Below, in pieces: positions 16,579-24,881 of a stretch of DNA of 37,443 nucleotides. The stretch's first letter is position 1, and every line of letters begins with the position of its first letter. Under the pieces are notes generated by a model. It ran no database searches, was not told the origin of the DNA, and saw nothing but the letters and a program-made list of their open reading frames with translations. A program made the position numbers and the translations under genes. Source of the stretch: an uncultured Rhodothermales bacterium (GTDB lineage: Bacteria > Bacteroidota > Rhodothermia > Rhodothermales > UBA10348); contig CAZEHJ010000031.1 in assembly GCA_964512485.1 (NCBI GenBank), positions 1 through 37,443 of the forward strand, given 5' to 3'.

Positions 16579-17441
16579 GTGATCCAGAAATATCCAAACG
16601 TGAACGCGACACCGATATGTAACAGCATGATGGCAAGCATTATCAGTGCGAGAGGAAGGTGAAATACATGCCAGTATCCGAACAGGCGCTGAAAAACCCC
16701 GCTTACCGACGTCTGCTGTACCAAATTTTGATAATCCATGACTCGCCGAACAAACACGATGGATTCCGTGTCGGCCATTCCATCGCTGCGGGCCATGAGC
16801 AGAAGGGCCTTTCTTCGAGTCGAAATGCTCAGATCTCGTTTGATCGCTGCCAACAGTCGGGACATCCAGCCATCACCGATTTGTGGGCCTGCGGTCTCGC
16901 GAACAAATTCAGAAACTCTTGAATCAGCGACGTTATGATACTCCTTTATGGAGTGAAGCAGATGTTTCTGGCGAGCCAACAGCGCGCTTTCGGACAGAAA
17001 CTGACCGTCCGTCGCTTTTGGAATGCGAACGTAAATGTATCGGCCAAATATTCCTGAAAGAACTACGGCAATCATGCTCCAGAAGGCGATGGAAATTACA
17101 CCACCAAATCTGAAAGCAGTGTGCAAAAGCACCAGCCAGGGACCGAGTGTACAGAGAAAGATGTGAATGGTGAGCCAGTTTCGGAGCTGCCCACTCTGTT
17201 CAAATCTCCGTACCCGCTTTCGAACACTGTACATGGCGACCCCCACAATCATCATCAGGCTGCCGATGATTCCCATACCGTGTCCAATGAAACCGGAGGG
17301 TTTGTAGAGTTCGTGGAGGTCAGAGTACGCCCGATCGTGCAGAGGAAGCGTGTAGTATTCAAGACCCGCGGCAAGGCTGACAATTGCGACCAAAAGCCAG
17401 ATGGAAGTCAGCGCTATGTGTTTGACAGTCTTTCCCGACAT
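16575..17441 (-). CDS. integral membrane protein, putative dihaem b-type cytochrome (quinol-interacting anchor)
   Basis: 288 aa with about 5 TM helices. Two helices each carry a His-x13-His pair (H93/H107 in LTIHIFLCTLGPWLVLLHTAF; H261/H275 in HVFHLPLALIMLAIMLLHIGVAF). This is the same spacing as the bis-His haem ligands of cytochrome b. The ATG is verified. Function is inference only. Confidence 0.55.
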   Translation of the reverse strand: MSGKTVKHIALTSIWLLVAIVSLAAGLEYYTLPLHDRAYSDLHELYKPSGFIGHGMGIIGSLMMIVGVAMYSVRKRVRRFEQSGQLRNWLTIHIFLCTLGPWLVLLHTAFRFGGVISIAFWSMIAVVLSGIFGRYIYVRIPKATDGQFLSESALLARQKHLLHSIKEYHNVADSRVSEFVRETAGPQIGDGWMSRLLAAIKRDLSISTRRKALLLMARSDGMADTESIVFVRRVMDYQNLVQQTSVSGVFQRLFGYWHVFHLPLALIMLAIMLLHIGVAFTFGYFWIT

Positions 17442-17620
17442 GGTAAGAGCGCTATTGGTGCGCCGAGGGAAAGGCCAGAATTTTCCTGCGGGTCTTTAGA
17501 GAGATTGGTTCAGGATTTTGGCCTAAACCAAGATAGGGGAATTCTGATCCAGTATTGATTTGAAAATGCACTATTACCTTACGACGCAAAGGGTAATGCT
17601 GGGCGACCAGTATTCGGGCG

Positions 17621-19039
17621 TCACTTTCCGATCCAGTCAGGATTGGGAGAGGGCATCTTCGCGTCGACTTCGAGTCGCCAGGCATTCATCAGGCTGAAAA
17701 GCGAGTCTGCCAATTGGGGAAACTCAGACGACAGGTTGACTTGCTCTTCTTCGTCTTGCTGCAAGTCGTATAGTTCAAGCTCACCCGTTTCGAACCACTC
17801 TATGAGCTTGTATCGACCCGAAATCATCGAACCAGATGGTCGATTTCCCGATCCGTGATAATGGGGAAAATGGAAATACTTGGATCGCTCCCCTGACTCT
17901 TCCACCACGGATATTCCATCGAAGCCATCTCCTTCGATTCCGGCGAGGTCCAGAAGGGTGGGGACGACATCAACTGTCGAACCGATGTCGGATCTTATGC
18001 TCGGAGTTGGAGACGTTGGGTCGTGGATGATGAACGGGATGCGAACGCCGCCTTCGTACAAGTAACCCTTTCCGGCGCGCAAGGGGCGATTCGAGGTGGG
18101 GCCTGTTTCCCGTCCCCGGTTCAGCGAGCTGAGGCCTCCGTTGTCAGAAACGAAAACAACGGCAGTATTGTCGTCAAGTCCAAGAAGCCTCATCGAGTCC
18201 ATGAGAATGCCGATCCCTTCGTCAGTACTCTCAACCATCGCAGCATAGGCTGCATTGCCCTGACAAGTTCGGGTGCTGGACCACCGAGGATCGTTGTCAA
18301 ACACTGCTTCTGCGCACTTTTCAGTAAATCCGTCACGCTCCCGTACGGCAGCAGTCATCTCTTCCTTGGCCTGAATCGGAGTATGAACGGCATAGTGTGA
18401 CAGAACCAGGAAAAATGGCTGATCCGCGTGATTTTCGAGGAATGCCACCGCTTCGTTAGTCAAACGGTCGGTGAGATACTCGCCAGGTTCACCGTCTTCG
18501 AGATGAGGGACATCCCAATAAGAGCTGTCTTCACGCTTGTAGGGCCAAAAATAGGATGCAGGCTGTCCAGCGTGGTGTCCGCCCACATTTATGTCGAATC
18601 CCTGATCTTCGGGATAGAACCCTTCGCTTCCCAGGTGCCACTTTCCGATGAATCCTGTTGCATACCCCGCCTCCTTGAAGCGTTCGGCGACGGTGATCTC
18701 TTCAAGCGGCAGCTGGCGTTGGTAGTCTGCCTGAAGGAGCTGTCCTTTTTGGGAGCCGCCGATCCAGTTAGTGATGTCCAGGCGGGCGGGGTGTTTGCCC
18801 GTCATGAGCGCCGCTCGAGTCGGCGAACAGACCGGGCTGTCGGAATAGAAGTTGGTGAACCGGATTCCGTTGGTCGCAAGTTCGTCAATTCTGGGAGTCC
18901 GATACAGTTCGCTGCCCGAAACCGAAAGGTCCTTCCATCCAAGATCATCGACGATAATCAGCACGACGTTTTTTGGTGCCGGGGCACCGCAGGAGGCTAC
19001 CATCACTGACAATATTGCCAGATTGAGACGCAGGGACAT
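17621..19039 (-). CDS. sulfatase family lipoprotein (Cys-type formylglycine sulfatase, arylsulfatase-like)
   Basis: 472 aa with lipoprotein signal MSLRLNLAILSVMVASC. It carries the sulfatase signature CSPTRAALMTGKHPARL (C-x-P-x-R), DDLGWKDL near the N-terminus, and GKWHLG. The ATG is verified. Confidence 0.8.
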   Translation of the reverse strand: MSLRLNLAILSVMVASCGAPAPKNVVLIIVDDLGWKDLSVSGSELYRTPRIDELATNGIRFTNFYSDSPVCSPTRAALMTGKHPARLDITNWIGGSQKGQLLQADYQRQLPLEEITVAERFKEAGYATGFIGKWHLGSEGFYPEDQGFDINVGGHHAGQPASYFWPYKREDSSYWDVPHLEDGEPGEYLTDRLTNEAVAFLENHADQPFFLVLSHYAVHTPIQAKEEMTAAVRERDGFTEKCAEAVFDNDPRWSSTRTCQGNAAYAAMVESTDEGIGILMDSMRLLGLDDNTAVVFVSDNGGLSSLNRGRETGPTSNRPLRAGKGYLYEGGVRIPFIIHDPTSPTPSIRSDIGSTVDVVPTLLDLAGIEGDGFDGISVVEESGERSKYFHFPHYHGSGNRPSGSMISGRYKLIEWFETGELELYDLQQDEEEQVNLSSEFPQLADSLFSLMNAWRLEVDAKMPSPNPDWIGK

Positions 19040-19045
19040 TTGAAT

Positions 19046-19564
19046 TCAACTCTGGTTTTTAGGAATCAGGCGACCGCGGTCTATCCGATAGTTGTTGCGG
19101 ATATCTTCATCTGACATGCCTTTCTCCACCAGATCGGCGAGGTCCCGTCGAAGCGTGGCAGCATGAGTGACATCTTCCAGCGTGAAGCGATCCAGTTGGA
19201 TTATCGATGCGGTATGCAGTTCTCGCCTTTGTGCCTCTATGGCCGTCATGATGGCGGCGGGTAAGTGGTCTGCGTCCGTTGTTTCCGGAATGGAATGTGG
19301 ATCAAAGGTCATATCGGCTTCGATCACGTCTGCGATCTGGCCAAGCGTCGTGCTGGCGGGGTCTGCTTTGAGCGATATTCCGCCTCCGTACCCTCTTTTG
19401 GTTTCGATCAGACCCGCCTTTGCCAGATCTCCGACAAGCCGTCTGATTACGACGGGATTCGTACCGAGTTGTTTGGCAAGAGAAGTCGATGACACACGCG
19501 CAGATGGGTCAGCGGATAGACTGACGAGAATGTGCAGTGCTGTTGAGAATCGCGTGTTGGCCAT
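19046..19564 (-). CDS. Rrf2 family transcriptional regulator (cysteine-free, so not an Fe-S sensor)
   Basis: 172 aa. The N-terminal wHTH MANTRFSTALHILVSLSADPS...SSTSLAKQLGTNPVVIRRLVGDLAKAGLIETKRGYGGGISL is typical of Rrf2/BadM. There are no Cys residues at all. The ATG is verified. It lies 6 nt upstream of the sulfatase gene. Confidence 0.75.
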   Translation of the reverse strand: MANTRFSTALHILVSLSADPSARVSSTSLAKQLGTNPVVIRRLVGDLAKAGLIETKRGYGGGISLKADPASTTLGQIADVIEADMTFDPHSIPETTDADHLPAAIMTAIEAQRRELHTASIIQLDRFTLEDVTHAATLRRDLADLVEKGMSDEDIRNNYRIDRGRLIPKNQS

Positions 19565-19572
19565 GAAGTAAA

Positions 19573-19597
19573 GTAACAGAAAAAGTTACATTATAAT
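19573..19597 (-). promoter_or_regulatory. candidate promoter/operator of the Rrf2 gene: inverted repeat GTAAC-N7-GTTAC adjacent to a palindromic ATTATAAT -10-like box
   Basis: Sequence aaGTAACagaaaaaGTTACATTATAATcaacc lies 9-33 nt upstream of the Rrf2 ATG (minus strand). The dyad overlaps the expected transcription start region, as for autoregulated Rrf2 repressors. This is a sequence observation only. Confidence 0.35.
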
Positions 19598-19622
19598 CAA
19601 CCAGAGGGCCATCTGGGGACAT

Positions 19623-19985
19623 TCAATTGGAGAAAAGGCGGGGTCCTTCGTCTTCAACGACTTCGATATCCTGAACCGCGAACCAGGATTCCCCCTCCAT
19701 TCCCGCGCTGTTTTTGTAGGGTTCTTCCTCGTCGCCAGAATCGATATCCACAACCAGTACGAGGTCCTTTTTCATACCGTCGGATATTTCTACACCCGCA
19801 GCAAAATCGGCCACGCGTCCGGTGATGCTGCCAACCGTGATGCCTTCACGACTGTAGAGATGGACACGGACTTGTTTTCCAATCAGGTGATACACGGCTT
19901 TTTTAGAATCGTTTGAGGATGGGGCACGGTGAGTCGGTTTCGTTCTCGCACGCGTTAGAACCACCGTTGGAATTTCTGGATTCAT
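19623..19985 (-). CDS. hypothetical small protein (possible Sm-like fold)
   Basis: 120 aa with ATG verified. The segment VYHLIGKQVRVHLYSREGITVGSITGRVADFAAGV loosely resembles an Sm/Hfq-type beta-strand motif. It has an acidic C-terminus and no recognisable family. Confidence 0.45.
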   Translation of the reverse strand: MNPEIPTVVLTRARTKPTHRAPSSNDSKKAVYHLIGKQVRVHLYSREGITVGSITGRVADFAAGVEISDGMKKDLVLVVDIDSGDEEEPYKNSAGMEGESWFAVQDIEVVEDEGPRLFSN

Positions 19986-20135
19986 GAATCATGTGTCAAC
20001 GGGAAACTTCGGTGAATCAGGAGAAGGGCACTGCAATAAGATGCATGATGAAATCGTTCTTCGCATTATTATGGGAATGCAACCCGGACAGTTTGCCGCT
20101 GTGCAGACTGTTGTCACATTTCGAAACGACCGGCA

Positions 20136-22511
20136 TTGAAGTTCACCTCCCATTTTTCGTTCGATCGACCCCGCGGGTCGGCCATGTTGGTGGGATTTTT
20201 GGCCTCGCTCCTCTTGGTGGTGGCCACGGCATCCGGTCAGATCAGGATACGCGGACAGGTAACGGATGCCGAAACCGGGGCATCCCTTCCCCATGCGACG
20301 ATTCAGATTCCGGGAACGACGCGGGGAACGGTAGCAAATACGAACGGGCAGTTTTCGATTACGATTACAAGGTATCCGACCGTTCTCGAATTCCGGTACA
20401 TCGGATACATCAGTCAGCGGGTTGAAATCACGAGCGATAATGCTGCCAGCCTGTTGATCCGTTTGACTCCTTCTGCAGTTTCGCTGGACGAAGTGGTCAT
20501 CACAGACGACAATCCAGCGGAAGGGATCATCCGACAGGTCATTGCTGCCCGCAATCGAATGCGCGCAAATCTCCTATCCGTGTATGCGGATACCTACACG
20601 AGATTTATGCTCTATGCTGACTTTGATCTGGTTCAGATGAACGAAAGTGTGCGCGCTTCCTGGTGGACCCCGGAGTCGGGATCTCGGGAGTTGATCCGGG
20701 CAGATCGAAGCCAACCGGCGAGAAGCGGCGTCTTTCGATTCGCGAAGCCTCACCACGTGGCCAATTTCTATGACGACAGTGTTGAGATTCTCGGGACGCG
20801 GTATGCTTCTCCATTGCATCCGCAATCGACGGATTTCTATGTGTTTACGCTGGCCGGTACGCGGGATCTGGACGGGGAAACGGTTTACGACATCTATTTC
20901 ACTCCCAAAAGCGCGACGCGGCCGACATTTTCCGGTCACATGGCTGTTCTGGATTCTGTTTACGCGGTTTTGCAGATAAGTGCGAGGCCCAGTCCGGGCA
21001 CGGTCGTGACTCCACCGGTTGAAAGTCATGACCTGTATATGGAGCAGCGCTACGTGGAGTTGGGCGATTCGTTGTGGCTTCCGCTCGACCTGTATGTGAC
21101 GGGTACGGTGACGTTCGGAAGGGCAGGAGTGTCCTACCCCTCCGCCAGATACGAGCAGGTATCGGGGATGTCACTTCATGTAGTCAACCCGCCGGTACCA
21201 GATTCTCTCGGTGTGCCCGGACCATCTCAGGTTCGACATCCACTGGCTGACATCAACGTGGATCTGTTTCTGCAGAATCCGTCTTACATCCCGATGACTC
21301 CCCGAGAGGCAGAACAGATGTTCACGATGCCGCCGGGTATGACGCTTGAATCGGCATTTCGGCCCGAAGGCCTCCTCTCCAACTACACGGCTGTTGCCGT
21401 TTCGGAAGAAGATCCTGACGAAGAGCGAGCCGCGGGAAGACTCGCGCTGGTGGATCGTATAGCCGCCGGAGATTGGTTCTGGTTCAACCGGGTAGATGGC
21501 TGGCATCCCGGACTGGGATATGGTATCGAGCGTGACCACGCCATTTCGTGGCGTACATCTGTCGGCTATTCACGTCAGAGAAAACGCCCGTCGTACAAGG
21601 CCGAAGTCAGCGTTCCCTGGCAAACCCGTTTTGTCCGCGGATATGTAAATGCTTCAATTCTCGATGCGACCTCGGTCGTGGCACGACCAGAGGCTCTAGG
21701 TCGATTCGTCCCGGGTATGGCGACCTACATGGGTTGGGATGACATATATGACTATTTCGACCTGCAGAAGCAGACGGCGGGAGTAGATTTTGTACCTATA
21801 GGATTCCCCGTGCTGCTTTCTGTCAGCTTCAGCCGCGAAAAGCACCGATCACTCAAGAGGCTCAGCGACTTCGACGGGTGGTTGTTCCAGAACGATCAGC
21901 GGGAGAACCCCCCGGTTAAAAGAGGCATTTTGCGGTCAGTCATTGTTGGTGCTGAATTTGGAGACCGGGAAAGACTGTCGCTGGATCTTGCCTTCGAGCG
22001 GTCTCCGGGCCCCATCTGGGATTCCGATTTTGAGTTCCGGCGTTTCGAGGCCCGTGGCTCTTTGAAGCTGGAGACGTTTTACAAGAGCCGGAGCAGACCC
22101 AACTGGTTCAGGATCACGGCGATAGGAGGAACGAGTCAGGGCGCCCTTCCTCTTCAGCGCCAGTTTTCATTGTCCGGATCAGCCGGACCATTCGCAGAAT
22201 TTGCCGGATTCAGAACTCTTTCGAGCAGTCGCTTTCTGGCCGATGAGCTGGCCGGGATATTTTGGACTCACGATTTCACGACCGCGTTGTTCGAAAAACT
22301 CGGTCTCTGGTGGCTCGCGGATAAAGGAATGGGAATACACTTCTTTGGCGGCCATGCTTTTTCGTCGAAGGTTGACCTGGGTGAGTTCGGCGGCCGACAT
22401 CATGAGATCGGTGCCGGTATCTCGTATCCATTCGGCCTACCCTTCCGTGTCGACGTGGCGACAGGATCGGAAGGAGGTACGTTTTTCCGACTCGGACGGC
22501 CTCTCAGGTAG
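20136..22511 (+). CDS. DUF5686-type secreted protein with N-terminal CarbPepD_reg-like domain (Bacteroidota-type)
   Basis: 791 aa. The N-terminus is RIRGQVTDAETGASLPHATIQIPGTTRGTVANTNGQFSITI (carboxypeptidase regulatory-like), followed by a long beta-rich region. The ORF-track start is TTG at 20136; the first ATG is at 20184 (MLVGFLASLLLVVATASGQ). Either gives a signal peptide. Confidence 0.7.
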   Translation: MKFTSHFSFDRPRGSAMLVGFLASLLLVVATASGQIRIRGQVTDAETGASLPHATIQIPGTTRGTVANTNGQFSITITRYPTVLEFRYIGYISQRVEITSDNAASLLIRLTPSAVSLDEVVITDDNPAEGIIRQVIAARNRMRANLLSVYADTYTRFMLYADFDLVQMNESVRASWWTPESGSRELIRADRSQPARSGVFRFAKPHHVANFYDDSVEILGTRYASPLHPQSTDFYVFTLAGTRDLDGETVYDIYFTPKSATRPTFSGHMAVLDSVYAVLQISARPSPGTVVTPPVESHDLYMEQRYVELGDSLWLPLDLYVTGTVTFGRAGVSYPSARYEQVSGMSLHVVNPPVPDSLGVPGPSQVRHPLADINVDLFLQNPSYIPMTPREAEQMFTMPPGMTLESAFRPEGLLSNYTAVAVSEEDPDEERAAGRLALVDRIAAGDWFWFNRVDGWHPGLGYGIERDHAISWRTSVGYSRQRKRPSYKAEVSVPWQTRFVRGYVNASILDATSVVARPEALGRFVPGMATYMGWDDIYDYFDLQKQTAGVDFVPIGFPVLLSVSFSREKHRSLKRLSDFDGWLFQNDQRENPPVKRGILRSVIVGAEFGDRERLSLDLAFERSPGPIWDSDFEFRRFEARGSLKLETFYKSRSRPNWFRITAIGGTSQGALPLQRQFSLSGSAGPFAEFAGFRTLSSSRFLADELAGIFWTHDFTTALFEKLGLWWLADKGMGIHFFGGHAFSSKVDLGEFGGRHHEIGAGISYPFGLPFRVDVATGSEGGTFFRLGRPLR

Positions 22512-22539
22512 GTTTTTGGTCGTGCCAGTAGGTTTTTGT

Positions 22540-22580
22540 GAGGGGTGTGACAAAATGATGTCACACCCCTCACTGTATTA
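22540..22580 (+). terminator. rho-independent terminator-like hairpin downstream of the DUF5686 gene
   Basis: A perfect 12-bp inverted repeat GAGGGGTGTGAC(aaaatgat)GTCACACCCCTC lies at 22540-22571, followed by the moderately U-rich ACUGUAUUAUUGAG. It begins 29 nt after the stop at 22511. Confidence 0.55.
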
Positions 22581-22617
22581 TTGAGTAGTCGATAATCAAT
22601 CTATCCAGAGCGAGCAA

Positions 22618-23253
22618 ATGGTACAGGTCAGCGCATATCCAACAATCGAGTGGATCCGGAATCAGAAAGTGGATCGGGGGCCCGTTCGCCGCGTGTTGAG
22701 CAGCCATTCCGGAGTGCTTCGTCAAAAAGCAACGTCAGTGATGGATCTGTTGCAGCAGGAGTTGGGGCCCATCCTGCAGCGGGATGTTTACCTGGAACGA
22801 AGCGTGTGGATCGCAACTCCGGACGGAGAACTTGAAGCAGCCCTGATTCTGGAGAAAGATGGAGAAAAGATTGCGCTGCGTACATCAGGGAGGTATGGAC
22901 GACCCGAAGCAGGACAGGACGCATTGGTCCTTGTCTACGGAGGGTTCACCGCGCTGCATCGAATGACGATATCTGGCTCCAGAACTCCTGCCGGTTTGGA
23001 TCAAATTGTGTCAGATCTGACTTATGCGTTGATGTGCGAGTACCCGGGCTGGTTTTCCAACTATGGCAAATTGGCGGCTGGCAGAAAGGCGTCGGACGAG
23101 ATGATCGTTGAGGCTTCATCGAATCGAAGCCGCCGATTGCAAACACCGCTGCTCAGCTTGGAAAGAATGCGGCTGTGCGTTGCATCAGACTGGGTAGCTC
23201 CTTTCGAAAATACGCTTCGCGGCCGGTCAGACTTTTTAGCTAAAGGAGCCTAA
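22618..23253 (+). CDS. hypothetical protein
   Basis: This is a 211-aa ORF with verified ATG and no competing ORF in other frames. I recognise no motifs. Confidence 0.5.
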   Translation: MVQVSAYPTIEWIRNQKVDRGPVRRVLSSHSGVLRQKATSVMDLLQQELGPILQRDVYLERSVWIATPDGELEAALILEKDGEKIALRTSGRYGRPEAGQDALVLVYGGFTALHRMTISGSRTPAGLDQIVSDLTYALMCEYPGWFSNYGKLAAGRKASDEMIVEASSNRSRRLQTPLLSLERMRLCVASDWVAPFENTLRGRSDFLAKGA

Positions 23254-24719
23254 CGTTTGATCAGAGTGGTTTCGGTCCTTCGTCCGGTCCATTCAAGTTC
23301 TGAGTCTGATACCGAGTCCTGAACTGACGTCTGTCCCAAGTCAACTTTCGACGACGATATCCCGAGGTTCATATAGTATTGCATTACCGCTTCTGCTCGT
23401 CGTTGGGCAAGTTCATCGGCATTTTGTTCGGAGCTCAGGGCGAAGCCGGTGATACTCAGAATTCTGTCCGGACAGGTGGCGGCGGCAGAAAAATTGTCGC
23501 GCAGCAGCTGTCTCATCTCCAGCGAAAGGTCGGACGAACTCGCGCCGAAATAGACACTCGTTAACGAAGGAAACGCCGAACAGACATCCGTCTTTACTGT
23601 CGTTTCGCGTTGTGCAGAATCAGAATACTCGTCGTTTGTCGCGGTCAGAACCACCTGATAAGCCCCGGGGTCTTCGAAGACGTGGCTCGTTTCGCATTCA
23701 TTGGCAACACTCCCATCTCCAAAGTCCCAGAAACACTCGACGGGGTTTCCCCTGATGACGGGTCGGTATTCGACTGCCGATCCGGTTACCGGTGACATTG
23801 GAGTCTGTGTCACAACCGTTATTGAAATCGGCTCCAGCCGTCGCTCAACGCTGACCGTGGTCACGATATCGACTGCCTGCCTGGAATTTTCGACCCGGGC
23901 CGAAATCTCATATTCGCCAGCACCCGCGAAGGCATGACGCACCGCATATCCGTTCATCTGAGTACCGTCACTGAAGGTCCACGTGACCGAGTAGTCAACG
24001 GGATCCAGCGAGGTGCCAATACTGAATTCGCCTTCTTCGCCGGCTTTCAGAAAACCCGGACCGGATATCACGACCGTGCCCAATCTTGGAGGACGTTTTC
24101 TGAGATGGTACCTCAGCCCCAAGCTGAAATTGGTCAGGACGTCGGGAGAACGTCCTGGTCCGGCAAGGTCCAGAACCTGATTAGGTGAGACGAACTGCTG
24201 GCGAATTTGGGTAAAAACATTAAAACGGCCAATTGGTCTGGATATCCCGAGCCCGAGAAAAGCTGCTTTTCCAGATTTGGTCTTACCATTGATCGTGCCG
24301 TGTGCGCGGCCCAGCCCCGCTCCGATCCAGGGTTCATATTGGCCAAATGCCAGCATCCGATATCTGGCTTCGATTACAAATGAGGATCGTGACTCTTCTG
24401 TTCTGGACGCGATGATGTGATTCAGCTTGTCCTTGTTTCGACTGATGCTCGGGTAGGTTCCTGCCGAGAAACTGCCTACCAGATCGATCGACTGCATGAG
24501 GCGATATCCCGCCCCAACGTGCAGGCCAGCTCCAAAGCTGTCGCGCAACCAGTAGACTCCTGATACCCCTCCCTGGGGGCCTCTCTCGCCTGTGTATGTT
24601 CCAGCGCCGAATCCTGCTTCCACAAAAACACGCCTGGGCGTGCTCTGCGAAAAGGCGTCTGATGCGTCGCCCGCGACCATGAATATGGCGGCGACAAATA
24701 AGAAGAGAGCTCTGGTCAT
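23250..24719 (-). CDS. OmpA-family outer-membrane protein with N-terminal beta-barrel-like region, PKD-like domain(s) and C-terminal OmpA peptidoglycan-binding domain
   Basis: 489 aa with signal MTRALFLFVAAIFMVAGDA. The middle contains PKD-like VTWTFSDGTQMNGYAVRHAFAGAGEYEISARV and CFWDFGDGSVANECETSHVFEDPGAYQVVLTATN. The C-terminus LTSVYFGASSSDL...ITGFALSSEQNADELAQRRAEAVMQYYMNLGI is an OmpA-like domain. Confidence 0.7.
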   Translation of the reverse strand: MTRALFLFVAAIFMVAGDASDAFSQSTPRRVFVEAGFGAGTYTGERGPQGGVSGVYWLRDSFGAGLHVGAGYRLMQSIDLVGSFSAGTYPSISRNKDKLNHIIASRTEESRSSFVIEARYRMLAFGQYEPWIGAGLGRAHGTINGKTKSGKAAFLGLGISRPIGRFNVFTQIRQQFVSPNQVLDLAGPGRSPDVLTNFSLGLRYHLRKRPPRLGTVVISGPGFLKAGEEGEFSIGTSLDPVDYSVTWTFSDGTQMNGYAVRHAFAGAGEYEISARVENSRQAVDIVTTVSVERRLEPISITVVTQTPMSPVTGSAVEYRPVIRGNPVECFWDFGDGSVANECETSHVFEDPGAYQVVLTATNDEYSDSAQRETTVKTDVCSAFPSLTSVYFGASSSDLSLEMRQLLRDNFSAAATCPDRILSITGFALSSEQNADELAQRRAEAVMQYYMNLGISSSKVDLGQTSVQDSVSDSELEWTGRRTETTLIKR

Positions 24720-24780
24720 GGGCTTCCGATCGGTGAGTGTCTAAAATCGTGAAGCTCTCTGCTTTTACAAAATTCTGTGG

Positions 24781-24837
24781 ACTAAAAATCGACTGAAAAT
24801 GGTGCGGCGGTCCCGTTCCGAAGAACGGGACCGCCGC
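24781..24837 (-). terminator. rho-independent terminator of the NfeD-flotillin operon
   Basis: A 14-bp GC-rich stem GCGGCGGTCCCGTT(ccgaag)AACGGGACCGCCGC lies at 24804-24837. It is followed on the minus strand by the T-rich ACCATTTTCAGTCGATTTTTAGT, and sits 45 nt downstream of the flotillin stop. Confidence 0.65.
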
Positions 24838-24881
24838 GCGTCCGGGCTCATCCGATGAAAGCGTGCCCGGCTGAGGGCGGA

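Noticed and set aside
17566-17598. Inverted repeat ATTACC-N13-GGTAAT between the sulfatase stop and the membrane-protein start, considered as a terminator or operator.
   Set aside because: It has only a 6-bp stem with a 13-nt loop, and there is no U-tract. It is too weak to call.
18428-19009. Plus-strand 193-aa ORF.
   Set aside because: It is antisense to the sulfatase gene.
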